DNA of 64,000 nt, taken from Malacoraja senta. Its lineage: Eukaryota. The position numbers and the translations under genes were made by a program. Each line of letters begins with the position of its first letter. The first letter of the stretch is position 1. The DNA is taken from assembly GCA_038087875.1 (NCBI GenBank), contig CM075977.1, positions 321,098,001-321,162,000 of the forward strand, in the 5' to 3' direction. Under the pieces are notes generated by a model. The model saw only the letters and a program-made list of their open reading frames with translations. It ran no database searches and had not been told where the DNA came from. Positions 1 through 11,732 of the stretch are shown here, piece after piece.

Positions 1-99
1 CACCAATGGGAGCACACTCTCTAGCATTTTAAGTGCATTGCTCAGACCCTACTCATAGCCTCCTCTGTTCGAAGGATAAGAGCTCCAGTTTCTGCCATC

Positions 100-1145
100 T
101 ATCCACACACCCCAAGTCTGTCATTGCTGGAATTGTCAAAGTATGCTCTTCTGCACCTTTTAAGGCCTTTTACATCTTTCCCAATATATGATCATGTATA
201 ATCATGTTGATGGCCAGGCCCAATCCTAATCCTCTGTACAGCATAGGAACAGGGCCTTCAACCAACAATGTCTATGCTGAACCTGATGCCAAGTTAAACT
301 AATCCTCTCTGCATGCATGTGATCCATATTCCTCCAATCCCTGCAAAACCATGTGCCTTTCTAAAACCCTCTTAAATGCTACAATTGCATCTGCTGTGAA
401 CCCTGGCAGCATATTCCAGGCACCAACCACGGTGTGTGGAAAAAAACTTGCTCTGCACATCTCCTTAAAACTTTTCCTCTCTTACTTTAAAACTCAGATC
501 TTAGACATTTTCACCTTCGACAAAATGGTTGTGCCAGTCTACCCTATCTATGCCTCTCATAATTTTATGTACTTCTATTAAGTCTCCCCTCAGTGTCCGG
601 CTCTCCAAAGAAAGTATTCCAAATCTGTCCATCCTCTCCTTATAGCTCTCTATGCCAGGCAGTATTCTGGTAGACATCCGGTAGACCAAAGGAGAGTTGT
701 ATCCCTTACTTCATATTCCTTACTTTGTATTCCTTATTCCTCCACTCTCCTGGAATATGCCAGGCCTGAACTCTGATCAGGTGGCTTTTAAACAACTCTC
801 ACATACTGTGAAGCCCAGTAACACCTGCTCCTAGTTTTCTCTACCTTGCTCCTACCTAATAGTGCTGTCATCTGCCTTACCCCATTTTAGTACCTTACCC
901 CAAGGTCCAGACTTAATCCTAGTTCACAACTTTCTTAAAACTTAATGGAGTTGTGATCATTGTTTCCAAAATGCTCTCCCAATGAAATACCAGTCACCTG
1001 TGGCCAGGCTTGTTTCCCAATACAAAGTCCAGTATGGTCCCTCCTAGAGTTGGACTATGCACATACTATTTCAAAAAAACCTTTGTGGATACACCTTACA
1101 AATTATGCACCGTTTAAGCCTTTATACTAAGGAAGTCCCAGAAAA
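100..1145 (-). mobile_element. Degraded CR1 LINE fragments (3' end of ORF2 and 3' UTR, plus an APE-domain remnant)
   Basis: ORF 501-689(-) LESRTLRGDLIEVHKIMRGIDRVD matches the CR1 ORF2 C-terminus. 930-1060(-) reads like ILDFVLGN...GEHFGNNDHN (APE). Boundaries approximate. Confidence 0.75.
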
Positions 1146-1564
1146 CAAATTAATTCTAATGGTAAACTTAATTTGTTTCCTGCATATTCTAGAATGTTTA
1201 GGAACAAACATTTAAAGATACGTTCAGATATTCACAGTAATATATTTTATAACTAGTTGTGGAAATAAATATTGTCTTTAACATTTTGCACGTGAGGAGT
1301 TGTATCTCAGCAACACGGAGATACTGGCTGAATGATGGTTATTCTTGTTGTCTTGTAGCCATATCTTGATCATTGATTCCAAGCCCCCTTGTAATCTTCA
1401 GAAATCGATGAATAATAATGTCCACCTTCTCACTATTTTTAAAGACTATCGAATTGATTACGAATTGTCAGAAGTGAATTGTTCAGGAACTAACTAGGAT
1501 TTTTAAATTAATGGAGCTTTAAACTTTGTTCACCGACCAACTATGTTCTCAATCATGTTTCTAG

Positions 1565-1664
1565 GGCTGCTGCTATGACTCTACGGACAGTTTTATTATC
1601 GTTACAAGCCTTACTGGCAGCGGCTGAACCAGATGACCCACAGGATGCAGTAGTTGCACAACAG
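1565..1664 (+). CDS. UBE2K: UBE2K internal coding exon: (W)AAAMTLRTVLLSLQALLAAAEPDDPQDAVVAQQ
   Basis: Acceptor ttctag ends at 1564 and donor gttagc starts at 1665; 100 nt. Translation is near-identical to the C-terminal part of the vertebrate UBE2K (E2-25K/HIP2) UBC domain. Confidence 0.97.
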
Positions 1665-2059
1665 GTTAGCAAAGATTTGCCAATAGCAAATGCAATTAGT
1701 TGATTTGCTTTTTAATCTTGACAAAATTAGAGGGATTAACCATTAATGTTGTTAATCTTCACTATCCAATGCTATTTCACAATAAAAGTTTCTCCAATAA
1801 TGAAAATAACTGGTATTGTACCAAATGTACAGAAAGAGGAGATTGCAATTTAGCATTACTTTTATAAAAATCTGAAGAACACGTCTGTGGTTTAAATTAC
1901 TTTCGTTTCTACCTATTGATAAATAATTATGGTCAGTGTGAAATATACGGTAATGTTTAGCTTGCCGTACTTTCAAAGTTTTAATGACATTACATTTAAA
2001 GTTAATTTACTTTAAAATGTCTTGAATAATGTTTAATAAAGATTAAATAGAATATGTTT

Positions 2060-2790
2060 AGAGAAATTTAAGAAGCAAGAGTAATCCATGAAGTCCTTTG
2101 GTCCTGCTCTGCCATTGAATAAAATCATGGCCGATCTGATCTTTGGCCTTAACAGCAACTACCTGTCTGATTTTTTTTTTTAAAGCATTTTATCCAGATC
2201 CAGATCCAGATCTTGCAGTCCAAGATCAATATTAGCTTTGAACAAATGCAGTGAGTCAGCATCGTTAGTCATTTTGGATAAAGAATGACAATGATGGAAT
2301 ACTGGGAGAAAATATTCTTCTTCATTTCACCCTTAAACACCCATCCCCCAATTCTGAGTCTCTGCCTGCATTAAAATGTTCTAACCAGGGAATATATTCT
2401 TGTAATGTCCTACTTTCTTAAGCACCATCTTAAAACAATGCTGTGAATGTAAATGTGACTTCCAAACTTGGGAAAGTACAGGCCTATTCTGCTCCATCAA
2501 TCCTCAGAAGACAAATTTGTCATCATAGGAGTTGGGTCTCTCCAACCTTTGCTACGCTCTCAAGTTTTGCTCCACTCTCTCCAACCTTGGCTACACTCTC
2601 TCCTGGACTAATAACTCTGGAAATAAAAGGATTGTACACTGGACTACAGGTCTCGACAAAGCCCTGCACAGAGTGGCAACACATGCTTATTCCCTCTTGT
2701 CAAAAAGGCCAATGATTATTTCCCTTCTCAAATGTGGTATCTATACTGCCTTTGTTACGTACATGGACACCCATATGTCCTATTGAATGT
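2060..2790 (-). mobile_element. Old, highly diverged CR1 LINE 3' fragment
   Basis: Weak similarity to the 3' UTR and ORF2 end of younger CR1 copies (ccattgaataaaatcatggccgatctgat; tgtacactggactacaggtctcgacaaagccctgcaca). Confidence 0.55.
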
Positions 2791-4058
2791 TAAGCTTTGC
2801 TTAAATAGTGAATTGCAGTGCAGATTAAACAATTTAATTGATTAAAACAGCTTATATGGAGTAACAAATTTGTTTACTGCTGTAATGGGTAGTGATGGTT
2901 TACAAAAGGGACAAAAACAAAATTAACCAAAAACTCTATTTCCTTTGGTTTTGCTTCTTAAGAAATTACACCTGTAAAATGACATTGAGCAGTGCATAGC
3001 AGGAAGTTTCCTGCTACACAGCAGCCTTGGGCTGTTGCAGTTGATTTAATTGTTGAGATTAAAGTGGTAAAGAACTTCATCAGCATTAGAAAACAGTTGC
3101 CCTTGTTGAAATTGTGTTTGACATTGCGAGGTTTCCAACATTCTATTACTAAACTTTCCATATGTGAAAGGAAAACTATCTACATCAAAAGACGTTGAAA
3201 CAGGATTTCATTTTTTCTACAAAGCAACCAGAAGCTGTGGTGGTGGGGTCAAAAGTCCCTAAGTGAGCCACATCATCTTCACAGGAATGACTTGTCAAGT
3301 GATCAAGACGTAGTTTACCTTTCACGGGGAGGTCTACAGTGGAGATTATGGCTGAAAGTGAGGCAAGGACTCGACACTCTGCTGTCTGCCCCTTCCCTCT
3401 TTGAAAGAGCTTTTATAAGCATTGTGCTGCATTCCAGCACTGGGTCCCCTGCCCAGAGTGCTAGTTTGTTTAGAGATAGGCACATTTGTGAATTTGAGGG
3501 ATTGCCAGAAAAAAGCTTCTTAAGGTTGGGTGAGCAGGAACTATGTCCAGTTTCCAGATGGGACAGGATGCCTCTTTAAAAAAAGAGCACTTGGCTTTTA
3601 TACATTTATTCTAATGACCTGGCACACTGCAGTTAGAGCTTTATGATCATTTTTTGGGAACATGAAACTGGCAAATCTCATAAGTATATTTTTGTTTATC
3701 CTTTCATTTATTTAATTTCATATAATACAATGTCCATGCTTACTGAAGACATCTTGTCCATGGATTGAGTGCTGCTCCTAAGATCTTTTGTAATTGGGCT
3801 TGCAACCCTCCCTCCATCAGGCTCCATCAATAAACCCTGTACTTAACCTGTCCCAAAAGTTGGAATACTATGTTGGCAATGCTGACGACAAGACAGAATC
3901 AAACTTAGTTTTGTTGATCCTTTTCCTTCTCCATCCTGTGCCAACCCTTCCCTTACCACTCAATCAACCATACTCTCATGTGAAGAATGGCTAATTCACA
4001 TTACCTGAAGCTGTGAGATTTGTCTTTGAACAAAGAAAGTAAGTGAAAAATTGAAGTA

Positions 4059-5252
4059 GAATAAGCGAGTTTGGTATTCCGAAAAACGCAAGGAATCATG
4101 GGATTTGTTAAAGGCCGAACGTTATAAATAAAAAATAGCTGTAGATTCAGTGAGTATAGTTTTGGGTCCGTTTTTTTTTTGGTCCTGTTTCAGTGGGAGA
4201 ACGGGGGGGGGGGGGGGGGGGAGAGACTGGACAGGCACTCATCCGCAGAACAGCACCTCATCCGCAGCCAGGGATGAACCAGTGTCCCCGGCGCAGCAAG
4301 TGCTGCCGAACCCCCACCCCGACTCGAGTGTCTCATCCCCGCCCGTGGGGCGGCCGGAGACTTCCGGACCGACGGGACACTGGCCCCAGGCACACCGCCA
4401 GCACGGAGAACCCACAGCCAAGCGCCAACTCCAGAGGAACCCCCTCTCCGATGGGCCGCTACAGCGACAAGTGCCAGTTCGCCTACGGCCTGGCCGAGCT
4501 GCACTCCCTCAGCCTCAACCCCAAGTACAAGCCGTACCTGCCACACCACCGGCTTCTGCCCCTACGGTACCCGCTGCCACTTCATCCACAACCCCAAGGA
4601 GGAGCGAGGGCCTCGCCTGCGCCAGAGCGCCAGCCTGGGCTCAGCCTCCTCCGGCCCGCCGCTAGACTGGGCCGCGCTTGCGGGCGGCCTTCAGCCCTGA
4701 CCTGGAGTTGGAGCTGGCCTGTACTCTGGGCTTGGGGCTGGGCAAGGAAGGGGGATGGGCCCGACCTGCCCATGGCCAGCTGGAGCCAGTCCGCAGACTC
4801 TGTCTCCGACCAGGACGACTCCAGCAGCAACGGCTCCGAGTCGCCCGTCTTCGAGCAGGGCCAGCGGCTGCCCATCTTCAGCAAGATCTCGGTGTCGGAC
4901 TGAGGGGAGGAGAGGGAGGGAGGGGGGTGGAGGTGGAGAGCTGCCGGCCAACCCGGCTGGACCGGCAGAGCTGAGCTGGAGCCAGCGACTGCAAGTCCGG
5001 GGCCGCTCCACCAGCCCAGGCCCACCCTGGACACCTCCGGTTCACAGTGGCGGGCACCGGGGAGGGGATGGGGACGGGGACAGCCCAGCAGCAACTCAAG
5101 AGCACCCGCAGCGATGGAGAGCCGGGCCCGACCCCGACCACGGATGAAACGGAAGCCTGCACACAATGCAGCACCACCGTTGCTGAGACTGTTTTATCGC
5201 TAGTGACCTATGACCGGGGCATGCACAGTCAGCATACCGAGCTCGCTTATTC
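4059..5252. mobile_element. Putative non-autonomous TIR DNA transposon carrying a captured gene fragment (Pack-type element)
   Basis: GAATAAGCGAGTTTGGTAT (4059-4077) is a 17/19 inverted match to ATACCGAGCTCGCTTATTC (5234-5252). Flanks AGTA / ATTA may be a 4-bp TSD with one mismatch. The interior is GC/CpG-rich within an AT-rich intron. Confidence 0.6.
4451..4903 (+). pseudogene. ZFP36: Truncated, frameshifted ZFP36/tristetraprolin-family fragment
   Basis: RYSDKCQFAYGLAELHSLSLNPKYK is the second half of CCCH finger 1 plus linker. After a frameshift near 4532: RTCHTTGFCPYGTRCHFIHN (finger 2) and PRLRQSAS. C-terminus GSESPVFE...RLPIFSKISVSD* is the TTP-family CNOT1-binding tail. Family certain, paralog less so. 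Confidence 0.9.
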
Positions 5253-5374
5253 ATTATTATAACAATGCAAAAGGCTCATTCATCTAAACAGTTTGATCTA
5301 ATCTGGCACATCAATATAGTAAAATTGTATTTTAAAGATTATTGACTACCTACAAATAGATACATTTAAGTAAT

Positions 5375-5640
5375 AACCTTTTTCACATGCATATCTCAAG
5401 TGTTTTATAGTTAATAAAGTACTTTTGAAGTGACTTTCTGTGTAATGCAGGAATAATTTAAGTCAATTTCCACACAGCAAGAGCCCACAAACAATGACCT
5501 AATAATCTGTCAGGTGATGTTACGAAGGATAATTTCCAGTCAGAACACCAAGGGGAATATCCTGCTTTTCTCAAAGTTGTACCATTTCATCTTTTTTGTT
5601 AACTTGAGGTCTAGTTGGGACCCTGGTTTAACATGTTTTA
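5375..5640 (-). mobile_element. Deu-domain SINE remnant (SacSINE/AmnSINE-like)
   Basis: Reverse complement contains ttaaaccagggtccc, acagattattaggtcattgtttgtgggctcttgctgtgtggaaattg and cttcaaaagtacttt, matching the recalled Deu domain and tail. Confidence 0.7.
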
Positions 5641-5804
5641 AACTAATAGCTTTAAACTCTTACTAAATTTAAATGTTTTGTGAAACCATTTTTTATATTC
5701 ACTCAATTTTAAATCTAGAAATCTATTTGTTCTTGGAGGATTTTTCAACGGAATTCAATTGTAAAGTGAAGAGGATCGCTAATCTTGGAATTGACCAGGA
5801 ATTA

Positions 5805-8040
5805 GAAACATAGAAAATAGGTGCAGGAGGAGGCCATTCGTCTCTTCGAGCCAGCACTGCCATTCATTGTGATCATGGCTGATCGTCCCCAATCAATAAC
5901 CCGTGCCTGCCTTCTCCCCATATCTTTTGATTCCATTAGCCCCAAGAGCTCTATCTAACTCTCTCTTAAATCCATTCAGTGATTTGGCCTCCACTGCTCT
6001 CTGTGGCAGGGAATTCCACAAATTCACAAATCTCTGGGTGAAAAAGTTTTTTCTCACTTCAGTCTTAAATGGCCTTCCCTTTATTCTATAACTGTGGCCC
6101 CTGGTTCTGGACTCACCCAACATTGAGAACATTTTTCCTGCATCTAGCTTGTCCAGTATTTTTATTATTTTATATGTTTCTATAAGATCACCCCTTCATC
6201 CTTCTAAACTCCAGTGAATACAAACCTAGTCTTTTCAATCTTTCCTCATATGACAGTCCCGCCATCCCAGGGATGAATCTCGTGAACCTACGCTGCACTG
6301 CCTCAATCACAAGGGTGTCCTTTCCACAAATTGAGAGACCAAAACTGTACACAATTCTCCAGATGTGGTCTTACCAGAGCCCTATACAACTGCAGAAGAA
6401 CCTCTTTATTCCTATACTGAAGTCCTCTTGTTATGAAGGCCAACATTCCATTAGATTTCTTCACTGCTAGCTGTGCCTGCACGCCAACTTTCAGTGACTG
6501 GTGTACAAGGACACCCAGATCTCGCTGCACCTCCCCCTGACCTAACCTAACCCCATTGAGATAATAATCTGCCCCTTGTTTTTGCCGCCAAAGTGGATAA
6601 CCTCACATTTATCTATAATATACTGCATCTGCCACGCATCTGCTCACACACTCAACCTGTCCAGGTCACCCTGCAACCTCCTAACATCCTCTTCGCAGTT
6701 CACACTGCCACCCAGCTTTGTGTCATCCGCAATCTGGCTAGTGTTGCTCCTAATTCCCTCTTCCAAATCATTAATATATTTGGGAAGCAGTTGCGGCCCC
6801 AACACCGAGCCTTGCGGCACTCTACTCGCCACTGCCTGCCATTCTGAAAAGGACCCGTTCACTCCTACTCTTTGCTTCCTGTCTGCCAACCAATTTTCTA
6901 TCCATGTCAACACCGTACCCCCAATACCACGTGCTCTCATTTTAGTCACCTGTCTCCTGTGCATGACCTTATCAAAGGCTTTCTGAAAGTCTAGATACAC
7001 CACATCCACTGGCTCCCCTTCATCCATTTTACTTGTCACATCCTCAAAAAATTCCAGAAGATTAGTCAAGCATGATTTCCCTTTCATAAATCCATGTTGA
7101 CTTGGACTAATCCTTTTACTGCTATCCAAATGCCCCATTATTACCTCTTTAATAATTGACTCCAGCATCTTTCCCACCACCGGTCAGGCTAACTGGTCTG
7201 TAATTCCCCATTTTCTCTCTAGCTCCTTTCTTGAAAAGTGGGATAACATTAGCATAACATCAATTCACAGGAACTGATCCTGAATCTATTGAACATTGGA
7301 AAATGATCACCAATGCGTCCACTATTTGTAGAGCCACCTCCCTGAGGACCCTGGGATGCAGACCATCCGGCCCAGGGGATTTATCATCCTTCAGTCCCAT
7401 TAGCCTACCCGATACTATTTCTCGCCTAATGAAAATTTCTTTCAGTTCCCCTACCCCCTTAGATCCTCTGTCCTCCAGTACATCTGGGAGATTGTTTGTG
7501 TCTTCCTTAGTGAAGACAGATCCGAAGTACCTGTTCAACTCTTCTGCCATTTCCTTGTTACCCATAATAATTTCACCCGTGTCTGCCTTCAAGGGACCCA
7601 AATTTGACTTTGCTACTCTCTTTCCCTTAACATATTTAAAGAAGCTTTACTGTCCTTTATATTCCTGGCCAGCTTCCCCTCGTACTTCATCTTTTCAGCC
7701 CGTATTGACCGTTTTGTTTCCTTCTGTTCTATGAAAGTTTCCCAATCCTCTGGCTTCCGGCTACTCTTTGCTGTGTTATACATCTTTTCTTTTAGTTTTA
7801 TTCTATCCCTAACTTCTCTTGTCAGCCGCGGTTGCCTCCTACTCCCCTTATAATCTTTCTTCCTTTTTGGAATGAAATGATCCTGCGTCTTCCGGATTAT
7901 GCCCAGAAATTCCTGCCATTGCTGTTCCACCGTCATTCCTGCTAGGATCCCTTTCCAGTCTACCTTGGCCAGCTCCTCTCTCATGCCTTCATTATCCCCT
8001 TTGTTCAACTGCATCACTGCCACTTCCGATTTAACCTTCT
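5805..8040 (-). mobile_element. 5'-truncated CR1 LINE (linker, RT and 3' UTR) in a UBE2K intron
   Basis: ORFs 7613-8023, 7260-7601, 6644-7180 ([28 protein letters not shown]), 6303-6530 and 5893-6132; 3' tail ttttctatgtttcta. Confidence 0.95.
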
Positions 8041-8401
8041 CAAATTGAGGATTAATATGAGTCTGGTGTTAATTCTTCAATTTGTGGAAAATTCTGTGAT
8101 TGTATATTCGATAATAACTCTTAAGAATCATTCTGATGGAGTGCTTTCCTTTCATGTCCACTTTGTCTTTAAACATTTTTTTTCCCGCCTGAGTGGATAA
8201 ATGCCCAGGCATTCCTGAGTTATTTGATCTTCAATGTTATGTGATGCTTTTTTATTGAACAAAAGGCTGCTAATTGTCATTTGTGAACCAGGTTTACATT
8301 TTAATCCATTAGGTCATTAACTCCTCATCATAGCAATTTTAATGTGTTTCCTTACTGTCCCCATTTGAGCAGTAGATTTATGGATTATGTTCTTTCTGCA
8401 G

Positions 8402-8530
8402 TACAAGCAAAATCCAGAGATGTTCAAACAGACAGCCAGACTCTGGGCACACGTGTACGCTGGAGCACCGGTACCTAGCCCTGAGTATACTAGAAAAGTA
8501 GACAAATTGTGTGCTATGGGCTTTGATAAA
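8402..8530 (+). CDS. UBE2K: UBE2K coding exon: YKQNPEMFKQTARLWAHVYAGAPVPSPEYTRKVDKLCAMGFDK
   Basis: Acceptor ttctttctgcag ends at 8401, donor gtgagt starts at 8531; 129 nt, phase 0/0. Includes the UBA MGF motif. Confidence 0.97.
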
Positions 8531-10781
8531 GTGAGTAATAAAAGTGATTTTAACAACATACAATAATAGATCATTTTAAAATAATTTCACACTTGTAATT
8601 TAATTTAAACAATTTTATTTAGATTCTGCATTTGTGGTGTGCCTGCATTTTACGTGTGTTCTCATTGGGATGACTTGCCACAAAGTGTTTGACAAAATGA
8701 ACTGTTGGGAAAGGGATGGATTGAAAACTGAACTTAAAATATATAATTGTAGCTACATAATATATTTCTTAGAATCTCGATTGATACCAAAGGAAGGTTG
8801 TGGTTCTGCTGAATACTACTTCTGTTGAAAGAGAAGTATTCTGTGACCAATTTCTGGAAACAAACAGTTCCATATATTTTCCTATTGGAGGGAGGGAAGT
8901 TCAGATTTCAAGTTTAAGTTGTATGTATATAAACCCCATTGTTTTAGTACTTCTCTACTCTTTGTTAATTTGTTGACTTGTATGCCAAACTGACATTTCT
9001 GTAGTACTGAATTATGAATGCATAATTCTATTTTCCTCCCATTTTCTAGTTCATTGATACTGTGTCTATTGCTACCAATCCAAATGCCTTCACTGCAACT
9101 CCAATGGCTGCTCTTTCTAAACCCATACATTTCCAGGATCCCCTAGATTTATCCTTGTTCAATTCCCCCAAATGTACATGTTCCCTTTTAGTGACATGGT
9201 AGGAAATTATGCCAGCTTTCAGTGTTATTTTTCTGTTTTTGTTATTTTTTTCTAGCTCTTTACCACTTTTCTCAAGTTTTAATTGTATCTTTGGATTAAG
9301 ATTGCTTGTGCAGTGAAAAATCTGTATTAAATTACAACTTCATTGGAAAGTTCCCATTTCCCACCTCAGTTTCTGAGATAATTAGTGCAAACCCATGGAA
9401 AGATTCTGTGGTGTTCTGAACTAAAATTATGTTATTAATTCAAATGTGTACAAGTATTTGGCAATAACAGGGATGTGAAACCCTCTGCAAATGTTATAAA
9501 TGAGAATGTTTGACATGATTTGGATAGTGAATGTGGTAGTGAAAGCACGTAAATCTGAAGTATAAACAGTCTGAGGCAAACAATTAGGATTTTTTAATCA
9601 ACCCAGTTGTTGAATGATTCTAGATTTGTGCCCGAGTTGTCTGGATGTTGTCATGAGAATTATTCGGTGATTTAGTTTGTAAGAACACTAATTGCTACTA
9701 ATCAATCATGTAAAATTCTTGCTAGTGAATGAATTTGCACTTGTTTTCTCAGGCGCACGTTTGAGATCTGCTGGAGGCATTTCAAATCTGAAAAACAGTT
9801 CCGTCATTTAAGTGTTCAAATAACTTTTATAAGGCAATTTTGGTAGCAGAAGTTCAGCATGCCAAGTTAACTATAATTTTTGATACACTTTTTGGTGTGA
9901 ATTTCTTGCAATAAGTGAGGTTGCCAGCTCCCTCTGTCAGAGTGAAATAAATTTGATAACATTTTCTGAACTACTCCAATGCAGAATTGAATAAGGAAAT
10001 CCAGAGGTTGCTGTCAGTGTCCTGCCCCAATAGGTGTGGAATTGTAGCCGTTTCCATTGTAATTGATGAATGGAATTTCATTATTCAGAAGGATTATTTC
10101 CATATTTTATACACAGAACCCTGAAAATGTACCTCATTGAATGAGGTGTAACGATTAAATGATGCACTAATTCATCATTAGCGATCTGTTTTATTGGCTC
10201 TTCAACAAATTTTTTTGTGTGGACTGTTGTTCACATTTTATTTTTAAATGATAAATTCTTTCAAATTTTATTCATCTTTACCTTGTGTTTTTGATACAGA
10301 TTTCAGTTAGGAAATGGTTTAAAACGGTGCTTGAATTAGTGCTTTTTTTTCTAGTTTGGGAATTTTTTAACGTTCTTCAGCCTGATGTCAGCATTGTTAC
10401 TGAATGATAGATGCCCAAGAACTAATGCCAAGCAGCCAGTGATGTTGGGACAAGTGAGATCCTAATCATAGAAACATTCCACAGTACCTTCTAAGCTTTT
10501 GGTGTGCATTGTGACTTCGATATCTATGCCATTTTACCAAGGGTTTGAGGTGATATACTTTATGCTGTGGTAGTGGCATTAGGCATAAGTGCAGCTATCA
10601 TGAATATTGAATGCATCGAAGGGTAGCCAAGGATTGCAACTTGAGTTCTATCAAATGTTTGACGAGATGGTTATCTGACATGCACTGTGAATGTTACTTC
10701 TCACCCAGTTTAATATTGAATGTCAATGAGGTTATGTTGTACATAGGAATCAATAGATTGTTTGACTGTTTGAATGTTGTG

Positions 10782-11472
10782 TCAGTCAATGAAAGTAAGC
10801 ATGCATGTACAGCAGGCAGTGAAGAAAGCGAATGGCATGTTGGCCTTCATAACAAGAGGAGTTGAGTATAGGAGCAAAGAGGTCCTTCTGCAGTTGTACA
10901 GGGCCCTAGTGAGACCACACCTGGAGTATTGTGTGCAGTTTTGATCTCCAAATTTGAGGAAGAACATTCTTGCTATTGAGGGAGTGCAGCGTAGGTTTAC
11001 AAGGATAATTCCTGGGAAGGCGGGACTGTCATAGGCTGAGAGAAGGGAACGGCTGGGCTAGTATACTCTGGAATTTAGAAGGATGAGGGGATCTTATTGA
11101 AACATATAAGATTATTAAGGGTTTGGACACGCTCGAGGCAGGAAACATGTTCCCGATGTTGGGGGAGTCCAGAACCAGGGGCCACAGTTTAAGGATAAGG
11201 GGTAAGCCATTTAGAATGGAGACGAGGAAACACTTTCTCACACAGAGAATTGTGAATCTGTGGAATTCTCTGCCTCAGGGGGCGGTGGAGGCCGGTTCTC
11301 TGGATACTTTCAAGAGAGAACTAGATAGGGCTCTTAAAGATAGCGGAGTCAGGGGATATGGGGAGAAGGCAGGAACGGGGTACTGATTGTGGATGATCAG
11401 TCATGATCACATTGAATGGCGGTTCTGGCTAGAAGGGCCGAATGGCCTACTCCTGCACCTATTGTCTATTGA
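10782..11472 (+). mobile_element. 5'-truncated CR1 LINE (ORF2 C-terminus and 3' UTR)
   Basis: LYRALVRPHLEYCVQF motif; ORF 11123-11386; tail cctattgtctattg. Confidence 0.95.
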
Positions 11473-11732
11473 GAATAGAATGCAATGCTCTGTGGTCTTC
11501 CAAAACACATTCCGATTGTAGGGTGGACAGAAGCTTAATTAGGTCTGTAATATTGCTATTCGAAGAGTACAGGTTTGACATAATTTGTTTCTGCTAATCA
11601 GTCATTTTCCTTTCTGCTACATGGGACTCCAGCATGAGGAGAATTTGACTGCTTTTGCAAGAAAATTTACATGCACTTCATGATGTCGCACTGTAGAATG
11701 CTGCACAATGTTGAGGATTTTGATTTCTGTCA

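Noticed and set aside
4451-4903. Functional nested ZFP36 gene or classical processed retrogene
   Set aside because: The N-terminus and half of finger 1 are missing, finger 2 is frameshifted, and there is no poly(A) tail or long TSD.
4150-5177. Many overlapping long ORFs on both strands as separate genes
   Set aside because: Expected from stop-poor GC-rich sequence; only the ZFP36-like segments have recognisable homology.
6576-7734. Plus-strand ORFs antisense to CR1 ORF2 (also at 15029, 31996, 39716 and 57901)
   Set aside because: Shadow ORFs of LINE coding sequence.
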